Positions 1 through 12,820 of a stretch of 64,000 nt of DNA are shown piece by piece. The stretch's first letter is position 1; each line of letters begins with the position of its first letter. A program made the position numbers and the translations under genes. The notes beneath the pieces were generated by a model. The model saw only the letters and a list, made by a program, of their open reading frames with translations, did no database searches and was not told the DNA's origin. Source of the stretch: Lytechinus pictus (taxonomy: Eukaryota); the NCBI RefSeq assembly GCF_037042905.1, contig NC_087251.1:22260001-22324000 (forward strand). The letters run 5' to 3'.

Positions 1-1215
1 CCCCCCCCCCTTCAAATCCCTAAAATAGTTTATGCCCCTAAAACCCAGTAGGTACAATATGGTAATATATATATAGGCCAATTTCATTCCCTCTCCAATT
101 AAATGTTGGGTTCTTGGAAGTACCCCCCCCCTTCAAATCCCTAAAATAGTTTATGCCCCTAAAACCCAGTAGGTACAATACGGTAATATATATAGGCCAA
201 TTTCATCCCCTCTCCAATTAAATGTAGGGTTCTTGGAAGTACCTCCCCCCCCCCCCTCAATCCAAAAAATAGTTTATGCCCCTAAAACCCAGTAGGTACA
301 ATACGGTAATATATATAGGCCAATTTCATCCCCTCTCCAATTAAATGTAGCGTTCTTGGAAGAACCCCCCCCCCCCCCCTCAAGCCAAAAAATAGTTTAT
401 GCCCCTAAAACCCAGTAGGTACAATATGGTAATATATATAGGCCAATTTCATCCCCTTTCCAATTAAATGTTGGGTTCTTGGAAGTACCCCCCCTTCAAA
501 TCCCTAAAATAGTTTATGCCCCTAAAACCCAGTAGGTACAATACGGTAATATATATAGGCCAATTTCATCCCCTCTCCAATTTAATGTAGGGTTCTTGGA
601 AGTACCCCCCCCCCCTCAAGCCAAAAAATAGTTTATGCCCCTAAAACCCAGTAGGTACATTACGGTAATATATATAGGCCAATTTCATCCCCTCTCCAAT
701 TAAATGTAGCGTTCTTGGAAGAACCCCCCCCCCTCAAGCCAAAAAATAGTTTATGCCCCTAAAACCCAGTAGGTACAATATGGTAATATATATAGGCCAA
801 TTTCATCCCCTTTCCAATTAAATGTTGGGTTCTTGGAAGTACCCCCCCCTTCAAATCCCTAAAATAGTTCATGCCCCTAAAACCCAGTAGGTACAATACG
901 GTAATATATATAGGCCAATTTCATCCCCTCTCCAATTAAATGTAGCGTTCTTGGAAGAACCCCCCCCCTCAAGCCAAAAAAAATAGTTTATGCCCCTAAA
1001 ACCCAGTAGGTACAATACGGTAGTATATATATAGGCCAATTTGATCCCTCTCCACTGAAATGTAGAGTTCTTGGAAGTACCCCCCCCCCCTCCTTAAGCC
1101 AAAACATAATTTATACCCCTCAAACCCAGTAGGTGCAATATATATAAAGGCCAATTTGATCCCCTTTCCACTAAAATGTAGGGTACTTAGAAGAACCCCC
1201 CTCCCCCTTTCAAGC
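1..1215. repeat. About 120-bp tandem satellite/minisatellite, about 10 units, running off the window start
   Basis: Unit Cn-ttcaaatccctaaaatagtttatgcccctaaaacccagtaggtacaatayggtaatatatataggccaatttcatcccctctccaattaaatgtwgsgttcttggaag repeated. Confidence 0.95.
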
Positions 1216-1232
1216 CAATTCCCCTCGAATTA

Positions 1233-1462
1233 AGATGACCTTTGACCTTGTTCAGGTGACCAGCAATAAGTTGATATTAAAAGTAAAACTCAATTACCCT
1301 TACATTCAAATTTCTTGGGGAAAATACAATTATTTGTTAAAATTTTCACCCTAAATGACCTTTTGACCTTGATCATGTGATCTTCAACTCGGTCAGTGAA
1401 ACTTGATTGCCCTAATGCCAAAGTTTCAAGAAAAGATCCAGCTATAACATGCGAGACAAAAA
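1233..1462 (+). mobile_element. Degenerate tail of a HINE/DINE-like element
   Basis: tgacctttgaccttg units, ending gcgagacaaaaa like the intact copies. Confidence 0.5.
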
Positions 1463-2222
1463 TGATGAAAACAGCTCAATCATATTTGAATATTTGCCCT
1501 TTTAGCCGTCCATACTATGCTGGGATGATTTGCTGAAGTTAGAGGCCGGTAATGTATACAAATATTTTACGCCCCTAAAACCCAGGATTACCTATATTAA
1601 ATTATGTGAAAACTCATTTTGTCTTTTTAAGTTTTTTGAGATCGTCCCCACAACTGGAATTTATCTTTAAAAGTTTAAGCTCGAGTCTTGACAAAAAAAA
1701 AACACATCACCAAAAGCCTCTCACTCAGTGACTCAGTCCTGCTGGACTAACATGACTAACTATAAAGTCAGTCAGACTACCAAATGACATGTATGAAATC
1801 GAAATTAATGGTATTTTACCCCGATTTTAGTGCAGGAAGCTGTGTCTTTTGCGCGTTCCCTCGCACCGTCGAGCTGATCTTCACAGGAATAGGAACCGGA
1901 CTGGACTGCTTACGGCGTCTACAGCAGTTACGGTACATACACACAAGTTCAATGGGATTATCACACTCCTGTGATACAGCCACTCAAATTGCACAGGGGG
2001 TAAATCCCCTGCCAGGAACCTACATGTATAGCAGTTTCGAGTTGGTTGTGAGCCGGATGGAGCGTGCGGTTCGTGTGTGTTTAACACATAGAGATGTATA
2101 CATAGGTGTTTAATGGGGGCCGGGGGGGGGGGGGGGGGGGGGGGGCAGCAGAGTGTTTGATGGGTACGAGAGATTGAACTTTAGTTCCATGTTTTTGTCC
2201 GTTTTGGTGCGGGTTTAAGTAT

Positions 2223-2560
2223 CATGGGCGGATCCAGGATTTTCCACAGGGGGAAGGCAAAAATTAATTATAGTTCGTCCCTGAAAAAATTTGATAAGCA
2301 AAAAAAAAAAGAAGTTAAAGGATTTTGTCCCCGATAAAAAAATTTACAAGCAAAAAATAAAAAGAAAAGGTTTTTAACCAAATATCAATGATATTTCGTC
2401 CCCAAAAACATTTGACAAGCAAGAAAAAAAAGTTTTTTAACCAATAATTAAGAATACTGCATCCCCGAAAAAAAAAATTACAAGCAAAAAAAAAAGGAAA
2501 AAAAAGAGGTCTTTACTTTCAAGGGGGGGGGGGGGGGGCACACTTCTGTTTTAATTGCTT
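2223..2560 (+). mobile_element. Left part of a hAT-like GGCGGATCC MITE (same family as 32446-32723)
   Basis: catgggcggatccaggattttcc start and aaaatttgacaagcaaaa internal repeats are shared with 32446-32723. No right TIR seen. Confidence 0.6.
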
Positions 2561-2564
2561 ATGT

Positions 2565-2890
2565 GGGAGAGATGATGAGATGACACGATCGCGTATCTAA
2601 GATCTTGTCATCTCATCATTTCTCCCACAGGATGCAGACATGATGAGATCAAAGATCTTGCCATATCTGACCATCTCTTCTATAAGATGCAGACATGGCG
2701 AGATCCAAGATCTCATAGATGTAAACATGACGAGATCAAAGGTCTTGCCATCTCATCATCTCTTCTACAGGATATAGACATGACAAGATCTAAGATCTTG
2801 TCATCTGATCATCTCTCCCACAGGATGACGAGATCCGAATTATCGTCATCTCATCCTATTCCCTAAGAGATGTAGACATGACGAGATGAT
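2565..2890. repeat. Degenerate minisatellite of semi-palindromic gacatgacgagatc-agatcttgtcatctc units
   Basis: About 6 imperfect units visible. Confidence 0.75.
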
Positions 2891-3341
2891 TATATGAACA
2901 TCGAGGTGGCACTTTTAAGCTTCCATAGGTTTTAGTTTGAAATAGCTTCAAGTTTTCTAAAACAAACAAATTGGAAATCAAATTTTGATAAATGTGAAGA
3001 CAATGGTGTTGAAAACTAAATAAAAAACGTTTTAATAAATGATTTTTTTATTAAAGCATTAAAGTGATGACATATGATACCTGTATAAGGACATTTTTTT
3101 TAATGGAAAACCATTTACGTATTCACTGTTGAAGTTTGAACCTCTAATGTAATTTTTTCTGAAACACCTTGAGCATCTAAGATTGAAAAGTGTGCTAAAC
3201 AAATTGTATGTATTATCCTTATCATAATAAGTATTTATCATTCATATATTATGACTATTTTGGTATTTATTGATTTTCTTTCTTTAAAAATTTTTTTTTT
3301 CCCCCATATGCTGAACTGAATTTTTACTGATATAAATCAAT

Positions 3342-4636
3342 AAACAAGTGGAACGCCTCTGGCAGTCTCGCCTGCATTACGCAATTCGATATAGCAGCAT
3401 TGCTTCCTTTGAAAAACAGCTGATGAATAATTATTCACAGAAGAAACATTAATAAGATATTAAAATGTCCATTGACCCAAAATGACCTTTGACCATGATC
3501 ATGTGACCTAAGGATTGTACAAAACTATTATTCATACTTGATTACCCTTATGTCGATGTTTCATGAGCAAGTACCATAAACTTCCTAAGTTATGATGCCA
3601 ATTCCACACATAATCCCAACACAGACAGAGTACATTGACCTTTAAATGACCTTTGATCTTGGCCATGTTCCTGAAACACACACATGGTATTCAAGGATAC
3701 ACTGCTGCTCTTATGTCCAAGTTTCATGAAATAAATCCATAGACTTTTAAAATTATGATGACAATTCCAAATACCCCCAACATTACCAGTTTGTTGACCC
3801 TAAATGACCTTTGACCTTGGTCATGTGACATGAAATTAGCACAGGATGTTCAATGATACTTGATTGCTCTTATGTCCAAGCTTCATGAACTAGATCCATA
3901 AAATATCAAAGTTATGATGACAATTCCTCAAATACCCCCATATGGCCGAAGTTCGTTGACCCTTAGTGACCTTTGACCTTGGTCATGTGACCTGAAACTC
4001 TCATATTATATTCAGGGATACATGGTTGCTCTTATGTCCAAGTTTCATGAACTAGATCCATAAATCATTTGACCTTGGTTATGTGACCTGAAACTCGCAT
4101 ATTATATTCAGGGATACATGGTTGCTCTTATGTCCAAGTTTCATGAACTAGATCCATATTCTTTTAAAGTTATGATGACAATTCCTCAAATAACCCCAAC
4201 ATGGCCAAAGTTTGTTGACCATAAGTGACCTTTGACCTTAATCATGTGAGGCAAAACTCAGCCAGGATATTTAGTGATACACTATTACCCTTATGTCTAA
4301 GTTTTATGAACTAGGTCCATATACTTTTGAAGTTATGTTAACATTTCAAAAACTTAACCTTGGTTAAGATTTCGATATTGATTCCCCCAACATGGTCTAA
4401 GTTCATTGACCCTAAATGACCTTTGACCTTGGTCATGTGACCTGAAACTCGGGCAGTAGTTCAGTAATACTTCATGACCCTTATGTCCAAGTTTCATGAA
4501 CTAGGTCCATATACTTTTTAAGTTATGACATTTCAAAAACTTAACTTTGGTTAAGACTCCAATGTTGACGACGCCGCCGTCGCCGTCTGAAAAGCGGCGC
4601 CTATAGTCTCGCTCTGCTATGCAGGCGAGACAAAAA
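3342..4636 (+). mobile_element. Non-autonomous Helentron-associated (HINE/DINE-1/pearl/Tsp-like) element, copy A
   Basis: AACAAG end, small GCC-tct-GGC hairpin, subterminal IR GTCTCGCCTGCAT (3365-3377)/ATGCAGGCGAGAC (4619-4631), partial IR next to it, GCC/GTC microsatellite, central array of about 170-195-bp tgacctttgacc units, A-rich flanks and no TSD. Confidence 0.8.
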
Positions 4637-4989
4637 TGATAAATTTCATCTGGGAGCTACAGTAGCATTTTTTTTCTTGTGTTAACAGTTAAAGGGTGAT
4701 GAATCCCTTGAAAAATTCATACAAAAGAGAAAAATCAAAGAAACAGATCAATGAAAGTTTGAGGAAGATTGAGATCACTAATGCTATGCAGATCCTCATT
4801 TTGTCAATGCAACCAAAACTCGTGGAGTCATATACACATACAATTACTTTAGTAAATAGTATTTCACTTAAAATATTATCTTTTCTCTACTCTATCACAA
4901 GATCAAGTGTTTTTATGAGAGATCATGGAAGAATTTAAGTTGTACTTTCATAAGAGTGAGCAAAAAAAATACAATAAATACAATACTGT

Positions 4990-6013
4990 AAGTTCATTGA
5001 CATTGGACCTTGATCATGTGACCTAAAACTGGTCAGTGATACTTGATTAGCCCTATATCCACATTTTATACACTATATCTATAAACTTTGAAAGTTATGA
5101 CAGCAATCTAATAATTACCTCTAAAATGACCAAAGTTCAATGACCTTTGACTTTGGTCATGTGATCTGAAACTCGCATGAGATGTTCAGTGATACTTGAC
5201 GACTCTTATGTCCAAGTTTCATGAGTCAGATCCATAAACTTTCAAAGTTATGATGGTAATTCAACAGATACCCCCATTACGGCCAAAGTTCATTGACCTT
5301 TGACCTTGGTCATGTGACTTGAAATGCACCCAGGATGTTCAGTGACACTTGATTACTCTTATGTCAAAGTTTTATGAACTAGACCAATATACTTTCAAAG
5401 TTATGATGGTAATTCAACAGATACCCCCATTACGGTCAAAGTTCATTGACCTTTGTCATGTGACTTGAAATGCACACAGGATGTTCAGTGATACTTGATT
5501 ACTCTTATGTCCAAGTTTTATGAACTAGACCAATATACTTTCAAAGTTATGATGGTAATTCAACAAATACCCCCAATTTGGCCAAAGTTCATTGACCCTA
5601 AATGACCGTTGACCTTAATCATGTGACCTGAAACTTGCACAGGATGTTCAGTGATACTTGATTAACCTTATGTCCAAGTTTCATGAACTAGGTCCATATA
5701 ATTATTTTCTAAGTTATGATGACATTTCGAAAACTTAACCTTAGGTTAAGATTTTGATGTTGATTCCCCCAACATGGTCTAAGTTCATTGACCCTAAATG
5801 ACCTTTGACCTTGGTCATGTGACATGAAACTCAGGCAGGATGTTCAGTAATACTTGATTAACCTTATGGCCAAGTTTCATGAACTAGGTCCACATACTTT
5901 CTAAGTTATGCTGTCATTTCAAAAACTTAACCTTCGGTTAAGATTTGGTGTTGACGCCGCCGTCGGAAAAGCGGCGCCTATAGTCTCACTCTGCTATGCA
6001 GGTGAGACAAAAA
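4990..6013 (+). mobile_element. HINE-like element copy B (head missing)
   Basis: Same central array; ends gtctcactctgctatgcaggtgagacaaaaa. Confidence 0.8.
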
Positions 6014-9000
6014 CAGATTACCTATATCAGAAAGTTAGCAGCGGTGAGAATTTACATGTTCTTATTCTGACAATTTTTCAATGTTTATTGTATCCAATGC
6101 ATTAAGCATGCAAGTGAACCAGGTATATTTCAGCATACAGTGTACATGTATTTTCATAACAAGTGTTAAGTGATTTATAGTTGGAGATCCATTGATTAGC
6201 CATTCATATGTTAATAAGAAATTCTTTTGGGAGATGGTGTCTTTATATTGCCACTGTTCTTTTTCTCAGGTAAGATATGGAACTTTGATTTTTTTAGTGT
6301 GATACAGACAAGAAAAACAAAACAAAAAAAACAGACCTACCAAAATCTAAAACTGAGTTTGATTTGCTGTATGATTGCACAGTGACTTTCCCTCTGAGCA
6401 GTTGTAATATTTACAGATAGCACAAAGAAAATCTTATTCAAATACTTGGATATTATGCTGGGTGTTTCATTTGATTTTTATGATCATTACTACAACTAGA
6501 ATTTACTGCTGTATAGCAACACGCAGTTTAAGGGCCCTGAGCCCATGTTTTTCTGAGTTTCACCGTATCATTAAGCATACAATACATTCTATCTGCAAAA
6601 GTTTATAGAATTTAAATTAACATTTTTTTTCAGTAAATGTGCCTTAAAATGTGAACATAATGGCAGGAATTTCAAAATCATTTAAGTGCTAATGTTTGTG
6701 TGCATGGAGTTAATATATTGTCATATTTATTGGAAAATAGATAAGAAAAATTGAAAATGAAAGAAATAATTTCTTCCATTTTATGAATGTTCTGTTAGCT
6801 TAGTTCCTGATTTGACTGTGTAATTCCAAGTACCATAACAATTAACATAATGTGATGTGTGTTATACAAGAACTGAAAAATATCAATATTTAAATGCAGG
6901 GATGACCTTCATATTCATAACTTAATTTTGTTTAGAATTTCTGTCCATTTTGAAATTTTTGAAAAAATAACCAAAAAAAGTAGATCGATTTAAAAGTTGC
7001 AATTCACCATCCAGGCTTATGACTACTTTTCAATCAGGCTTTTCTTCTCAAATCATGAACACATTAGCACATAAAATTATAGGACCAGACTGCTTGTTTT
7101 ATAAGATTGTTGCTGAATCTATATTGAAGGAATAACTTGTTCATCAGGTATTTTGTTAGAAGTTAAAATCCAATTTTCCATTTAGTACAACTTAATCCAT
7201 CAAATATAGCATACATACAATACTTTTTTTCATTCCCAACGTATGGACAATACCTATTCCATTCTGTATTAAAATAAATTCATACAGATATTAATACTAT
7301 ATTTACATAGAACATGTGTGTTAAAGAGCACACTCAAATCGTGTGTGCCTGTACTTGTAATTGATCAATAGCAACTTTAAAATTCTCAGATTTTTATCAT
7401 GACATGACTGACCAATCTGGATTTCTTCCATTTGTATGTATCCATGTAAAACCTTCTGTTGGAGGTATTTTCCCATTTGACACAATATTATGAATAGAAG
7501 TGCATCTCAACAGAGATTATTTCACTGCACACAAAATGTAAATGAATTGAAAAGGGAACTGAATTTGAAAAGACACATTATTTTTTTAAATAACGCCCTT
7601 TTGTAGATAAACACAACTAAAATAGAACGCCCCAAAATAACATAATAAAGAAACAAACGACAAAACTGACATTTCTTGTAAATGAGCAAATGCATACTTA
7701 GATCATTCCAAATGCCATCCAATTCTAGTGTTCATATTATATTTCACCCAGAAGAGCACACAACTGTAAAGGCCTTATTCAGGTATGATGCCACCATGCA
7801 ACAAAGCTCAGCAACATTTTAAATTGTTCTTTACATAAATGTTTCATTTCATTCCTGTTATGTTGAAGTCTAACAAATTGATCCCAATAAGCCTGTTCAC
7901 GGTTGTAAACTGCGCACGAGCAGAAAAAGGTCATTTGAGATAAACCATGAAGGTGGCTTTCAAATTCACTGACATAGGCATTTGTGATTTGATGATTATT
8001 CATGTATTCCTTTCAAAATATTCATTTTATCACATCCAAGCTGAAGAGTAATAAATGGAGCCTTCATAATCACTGGTATTTGACAGTAGCCTAAACAATA
8101 GTCAAATGTGCCAAAGGCAGACAATAAAACAGATTTCCAAACTTTATCCCTGATGTACTATTCTAGTCACCTCCTGGTCTATACAATGCCTTTTGTTCTT
8201 AGAATTTGAATACTCTACCGATAAAGCTTACGCAACATCTACATTTGAAAATGATAGTGCTTATCCTAATGAAAATTCACACACAAAGGTCATTTGAGAA
8301 AAGTTGATCATGAGCTAACCGTGAACTGGCTTATTGCAGACAAACTCACAACATCATATGATGTAATGATTCATGTCATATGATGTCATAACAAAAAATT
8401 TCATCTTTATGTGACAAGTATTACTTAAAATAAGAGTAATACGAGTAATACTTAAAAACAAGAATTTGAATGAGATGCAACTATTCACCAAATGTTTTTC
8501 ACAAACATGTTTTGCTCTTAAATATTTTTTACAGGAATTTGATTGTTCAACACTTCAACACTTTTTTGTTTTTAATATAACCAAGATCTAGAGACAATAC
8601 AAAGTCTCTTTATACGCTGAAACATTTTTGTTGATGCCTCATAGATTTTGTACCATAAAAATGTTGCTGAGCTTCAATGATAAGATTTTTCTTCCTTCCT
8701 TTTTTGTTGTTGCTGTGTCTGGACGATCCATAACTTTATTTGATTGAAATGGAACTTGATTTCCTTTTCATTGCAAGGCACTCTTAGATACCTAGCACAA
8801 AGATCATCAAGGAACACAAAACAAATTCAAACAGCTAAGTCATTAATTTTTATATATCACATTAATTTAATTTCAAGTCCACAAGGTGGGTACACAATAT
8901 ATATTTTTCACATCAGACATTTCCAACTGTACATATATTCACCTTTAGAAAAAGATGTGTTCAGATTAAATATATTAATTAAAACTTTCCCAAAAGCCCT

Positions 9001-9285
9001 GCAGAAGGCGATTCATTTCAATTAGGAAAAATATTTGCTTGGTACATAATAATTTGTTGGGCTGCAGAGTGTAATATGAATTGTGTGTCCAAAATCCGAT
9101 GACTTGAGGGAAATTCTGTAAATGCTGTTTATGATCGCTGTATGGTGTGCATAGCTGATGGTCAAACTTCATTGAATCCCTGTAGTATGTACAATTAAGT
9201 CATCTTCACACACAGAAAAGCAGTTCAAAATGAAGAGAGACATTTTTCTACACACAGTTGGTAGTGTCCTGAGGATTGGTGCTTC

Positions 9286-9423
9286 CTATTTTTTTGGCAT
9301 GGCATACTTGAAGAGTGAGAAACAGCTCCATAAAGTGCCCACTGCCGTCAGACCCATGGCGAAGGAGTAGATGGCATAGTCGGACCCTCCCTTCTTCAAA
9401 TGGATGGGGTTGCCATCAGGTGC
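9286..9423 (-). CDS. COX7A: COX7A terminal coding exon, duplicated identical distal copy
   Basis: Same sequence as 16093-16230 at offset -6807, with intact acceptor and stop. Confidence 0.85.
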   Translation of the reverse strand, partial: APDGNPIHLKKGGSDYAIYSFAMGLTAVGTLWSCFSLFKYAMPKK

Positions 9424-10158
9424 CTAGTAAACACGGGGGAAAAATGAACACCTACAATAAGCGAAAAGGATCATATTCTCCTATTACATTACTCAAATGG
9501 TTACTTTAGTTCCAAAATGTATCAAGTCTTAGTTTATAAACCCTTCAAAAAAAGTTTGGAAATCTGAGTTTGGCCATTAATTTCTCCAAACTCCCAATTT
9601 TACACAATGCATATTTGATATCATTCAAAAGATCATTTAATTCTCTTTAAAATGATACCATGCTAGTCATGATCATGCCATCATGAAAAGAGCAGGATTC
9701 AAAAGTGTTGGATGAGGTCTGAATTTAAAAGCTGCAAAACGAGCAGAAATAGTCATGAAGGGTCAATAAAGAACATGATTCTTTTGTCTGTGTGAATAGA
9801 GGTGAAAATCCATTCAAATCAAGCCCCTGCTTTTTTGTTTTTGATGTTTTGTTGTGGTTTATGTAGTGATGGTTCTGTGAGACAACATGGTTTGAGTCGT
9901 GATTTGAAATACCCATGCATGTTTGTTGTTATGTGTTTGCTTGTGCAGAGGTGTGTTTGATTCCATGTTCATGTTGATGTTAAGGTGCATGAAAACAAAA
10001 GAAACCGCTGAGAAACTCACTCATCACTGTGGAAAAAAAACCCAGTGACTTTCAATATCATGTCATTTTGCACCTTTTGAATTTTGACCTTGCCCCACAT
10101 TTCAAGGCACTGCACCTCCATGTGAACCATAATCGCATCATGCAGGTTATCGTTTTAA

Positions 10159-11517
10159 AGTTGAATTAAGAAGGGGGTGAGTTTCCATAAATATAGGTTC
10201 TACATACAATATATAGTATATATAAGTTGTTCAAACACATAGCATGTCACAATAATCCTCTGCCTTCTCGATATTTTGCTTTGAAAGTCTATGAAATTAG
10301 CCACCTGTCAGAGCCCGAGAGACGAGTGTACAGAAAAGTCACTCGGAGTGTGACGTCACCAGGGGGAATTTAGTATAAGAGGTGCCTGAATGTCATACAG
10401 AAATGCTATGCAGAGAGAGAAAGATATTTTACAATTTTTTTTCAAAGCAACTCAAATCAAACAAATAGGACTGATATGTACAAATCTTTACTTTCCCTGT
10501 ATAAAAAACAGTATGAATAACCACCATGAACTCTTCAATCATGATGTAAGATAGCAAACAGTGAGTTATTGAATGATATTTTCACTATTTCTCATTTATT
10601 TTATCACGATGTTCAATCAAGTGAGTAGCTGGAAAGTAATTCCGGCGGCTAGCTCAGCGCGCGCTGAACGCATAATACTAGTACACACAACACCCAGGCA
10701 TTGAGTGTACTGTTATGGTCTGGTATGTCGACTTAGTTCATGGCCGTGCAGCGATCCCCTGGCGTTTTTTCTTCTTTTCTTTTGTCTTTGACTCCACTTT
10801 TATATCCTCTGGATCATTTCCACTCATAGCTCATTCCACAGAACAATCTTGAACCAAACGTATAGTATTCTCTCTCGGCCTTCTGAGTTGTTTTCTATAT
10901 TTAATTACGCTAGGGGTCACCGTCACACATACAAACGCAATTCGGAAGTGAGTTGAAGACAGAAAGATATATAGTAATTAGTATACATCTCTATGGTTGA
11001 AGACAACAAGAACGGTACGGTAGCTCGACAGCTAGCTGCGCCGGAGCGGGCGGCCGGTCGGCACAAAGCAATTCCGCAACCAACTGTGTTTTTTTGCAAG
11101 AGCCGCGTCACACGCGGATAAATATGTCATAATAACACGTCTGCTACGTTAATTATCGACTGGTGAGAAGATCTCGATCAAATTTCATATTATTCACCTT
11201 GAAATTATTCCTTTAGGGTCTATGGTATCATTCTGAGGGAATTCACATATTTGGAATAATAGTACGGCCACAAATATTTTAATCATTTCCTCTTTGCAAG
11301 TTCTATGGCTCGCAGATACAACTTCAACTGCAGTTATTCCATATGAAGGAGTACGTGCATAGTACACAAAACGGCACTGCCTTGTTTACTACACCGGGAC
11401 CGAATACCCCCCGGTGACGTCACACTCAAAGAACACCCGTCTCGGTAGGCATTGCAGGAGCGAACTCAGGGAAAATGGGTAGGGATAAATCGTTCAAATT
11501 CACTATTTTGAAAAAAG
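10159..11517. mobile_element. Duplicated left part of the Kolobok-like element (right TIR absent)
   Basis: Identical to 16966-18324; truncated by the duplication junction. Confidence 0.8.
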
Positions 11518-12820
11518 ACAAGTGGAATGCCTCTGGCCGTCTCACCTGCATCACGCGATTCAATATAGCAGCAGTGCTGATTTTGAAAACTACTATAACT
11601 CGCACAAGATGTTCAGTGATACTTGGTTACTCTTATTTCCACGTTTTATGAACTAGACCAATACACTTATAGAGATATGATGGCAATTCAACAAATACTC
11701 CCAACGTGGCCAAAGTTCTTTGACCTTACATGACCTTTGACCTTGATCATGTGACCTGAAACTCGCACAGGATGTTCAGTGATACTTGATTACTATTATG
11801 TCCAAGTTTTATGAACTAGACCAACACACTTTCAAATTTATGGCTGTAATTCAACAAATACCCCAATTTGGCCAAAGTTCATTGACCCTAAATGACCTTT
11901 GACCTTGATCATGTGACCTGAAACTTGCACAGGATGTTCAGTAATACTTGATTACTCTTATGTCCAAGTTTCATGAATCAGATCCGTATACTTTCAGAGT
12001 TAGGATGGTAATTAAACAAATACCCCAACACGGCCAAAGTTCATTGACCTTAAATGACCATTGACCATGGTCATGTGACCTGAAACTCGCACAGGATATT
12101 CAGTGGTACTTAATTAACCTAATGTCCAAGTTTCATGAACTAGATCCATAAATTTTCAAAGTTATGATGGTAATTCAACAAATACCCCCAATTCGGCCAA
12201 AGTTCATTGACCCTAAATGACCTTTGACCTTGGTCATGTGATGTGAAACTCAAGCAGGATGTTCAGTGATACTTGATTAACCTTATGTATAAGTTTCATG
12301 AACTAGGTCCATATATTTTCTAAGTTATGATGACATTTCAAAAACTTAACCTTAGGTTAAGATTTCGATGTTGATTCCCCCAACATGGTCTAAGTTCATT
12401 GACCCTAAATGACCTTTGACCTTGGTCATGTGACATGAAACTTGCACAGGATGTTCAGTGATACTTGATTAACCTTATGTCCAAGTTTCATGAACTAGGT
12501 CCATATAATTATTTTCTAAGTTATGATGACATTTCGAAAACTTAACCTTAGGTTAAGATTTTGATGTTGATTCCCCCAACATGGTCTAAGTTCATTGACC
12601 CTAAATGACCTTTGACCTTGGTCATGTGACATGAAACTCAGGCAGGATGTTCAGTAATACTTGATTAACCTTATGGCCAAGTTTCATGAACTAGGTCCAC
12701 ATACTTTCTAAGTTATGCTGTCATTTCAAAAACTTAACCTTCGGTTAAGATTTGGTGTTGACGCCGCCGTCGGAAAAGCGGCGCCTATAGTCTCACTCTG
12801 CTATGCAGGTGAGACAAAAA
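11518..12820 (+). mobile_element. HINE-like element copy C, a chimera of copy D head and copy B tail (duplication junction)
   Basis: 11518-12442 is identical to D and 12436-12820 is identical to B. Confidence 0.85.

Noticed and set aside
1784..2113. 109-aa ORF or first exon of a neighbouring gene
   Set aside because: CpG-rich but with no recognisable protein motif or convincing splice pair; cannot be supported.
2115..2145. Long G/C homopolymer runs as G-quadruplex regulators
   Set aside because: Such runs are frequent here and mostly belong to MITE interiors; there is no specific evidence of function.
1..6013. CRISPR-like appearance of regularly repeated motifs
   Set aside because: Whole units repeat with no unique spacers, there are no cas genes, and the context is eukaryotic.
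5908..6105. Recurrent ORF MLSFQKLNLRLRFGVDAA (also 12715, 22830)
   Set aside because: Translation of the HINE terminus running into unrelated flanks.
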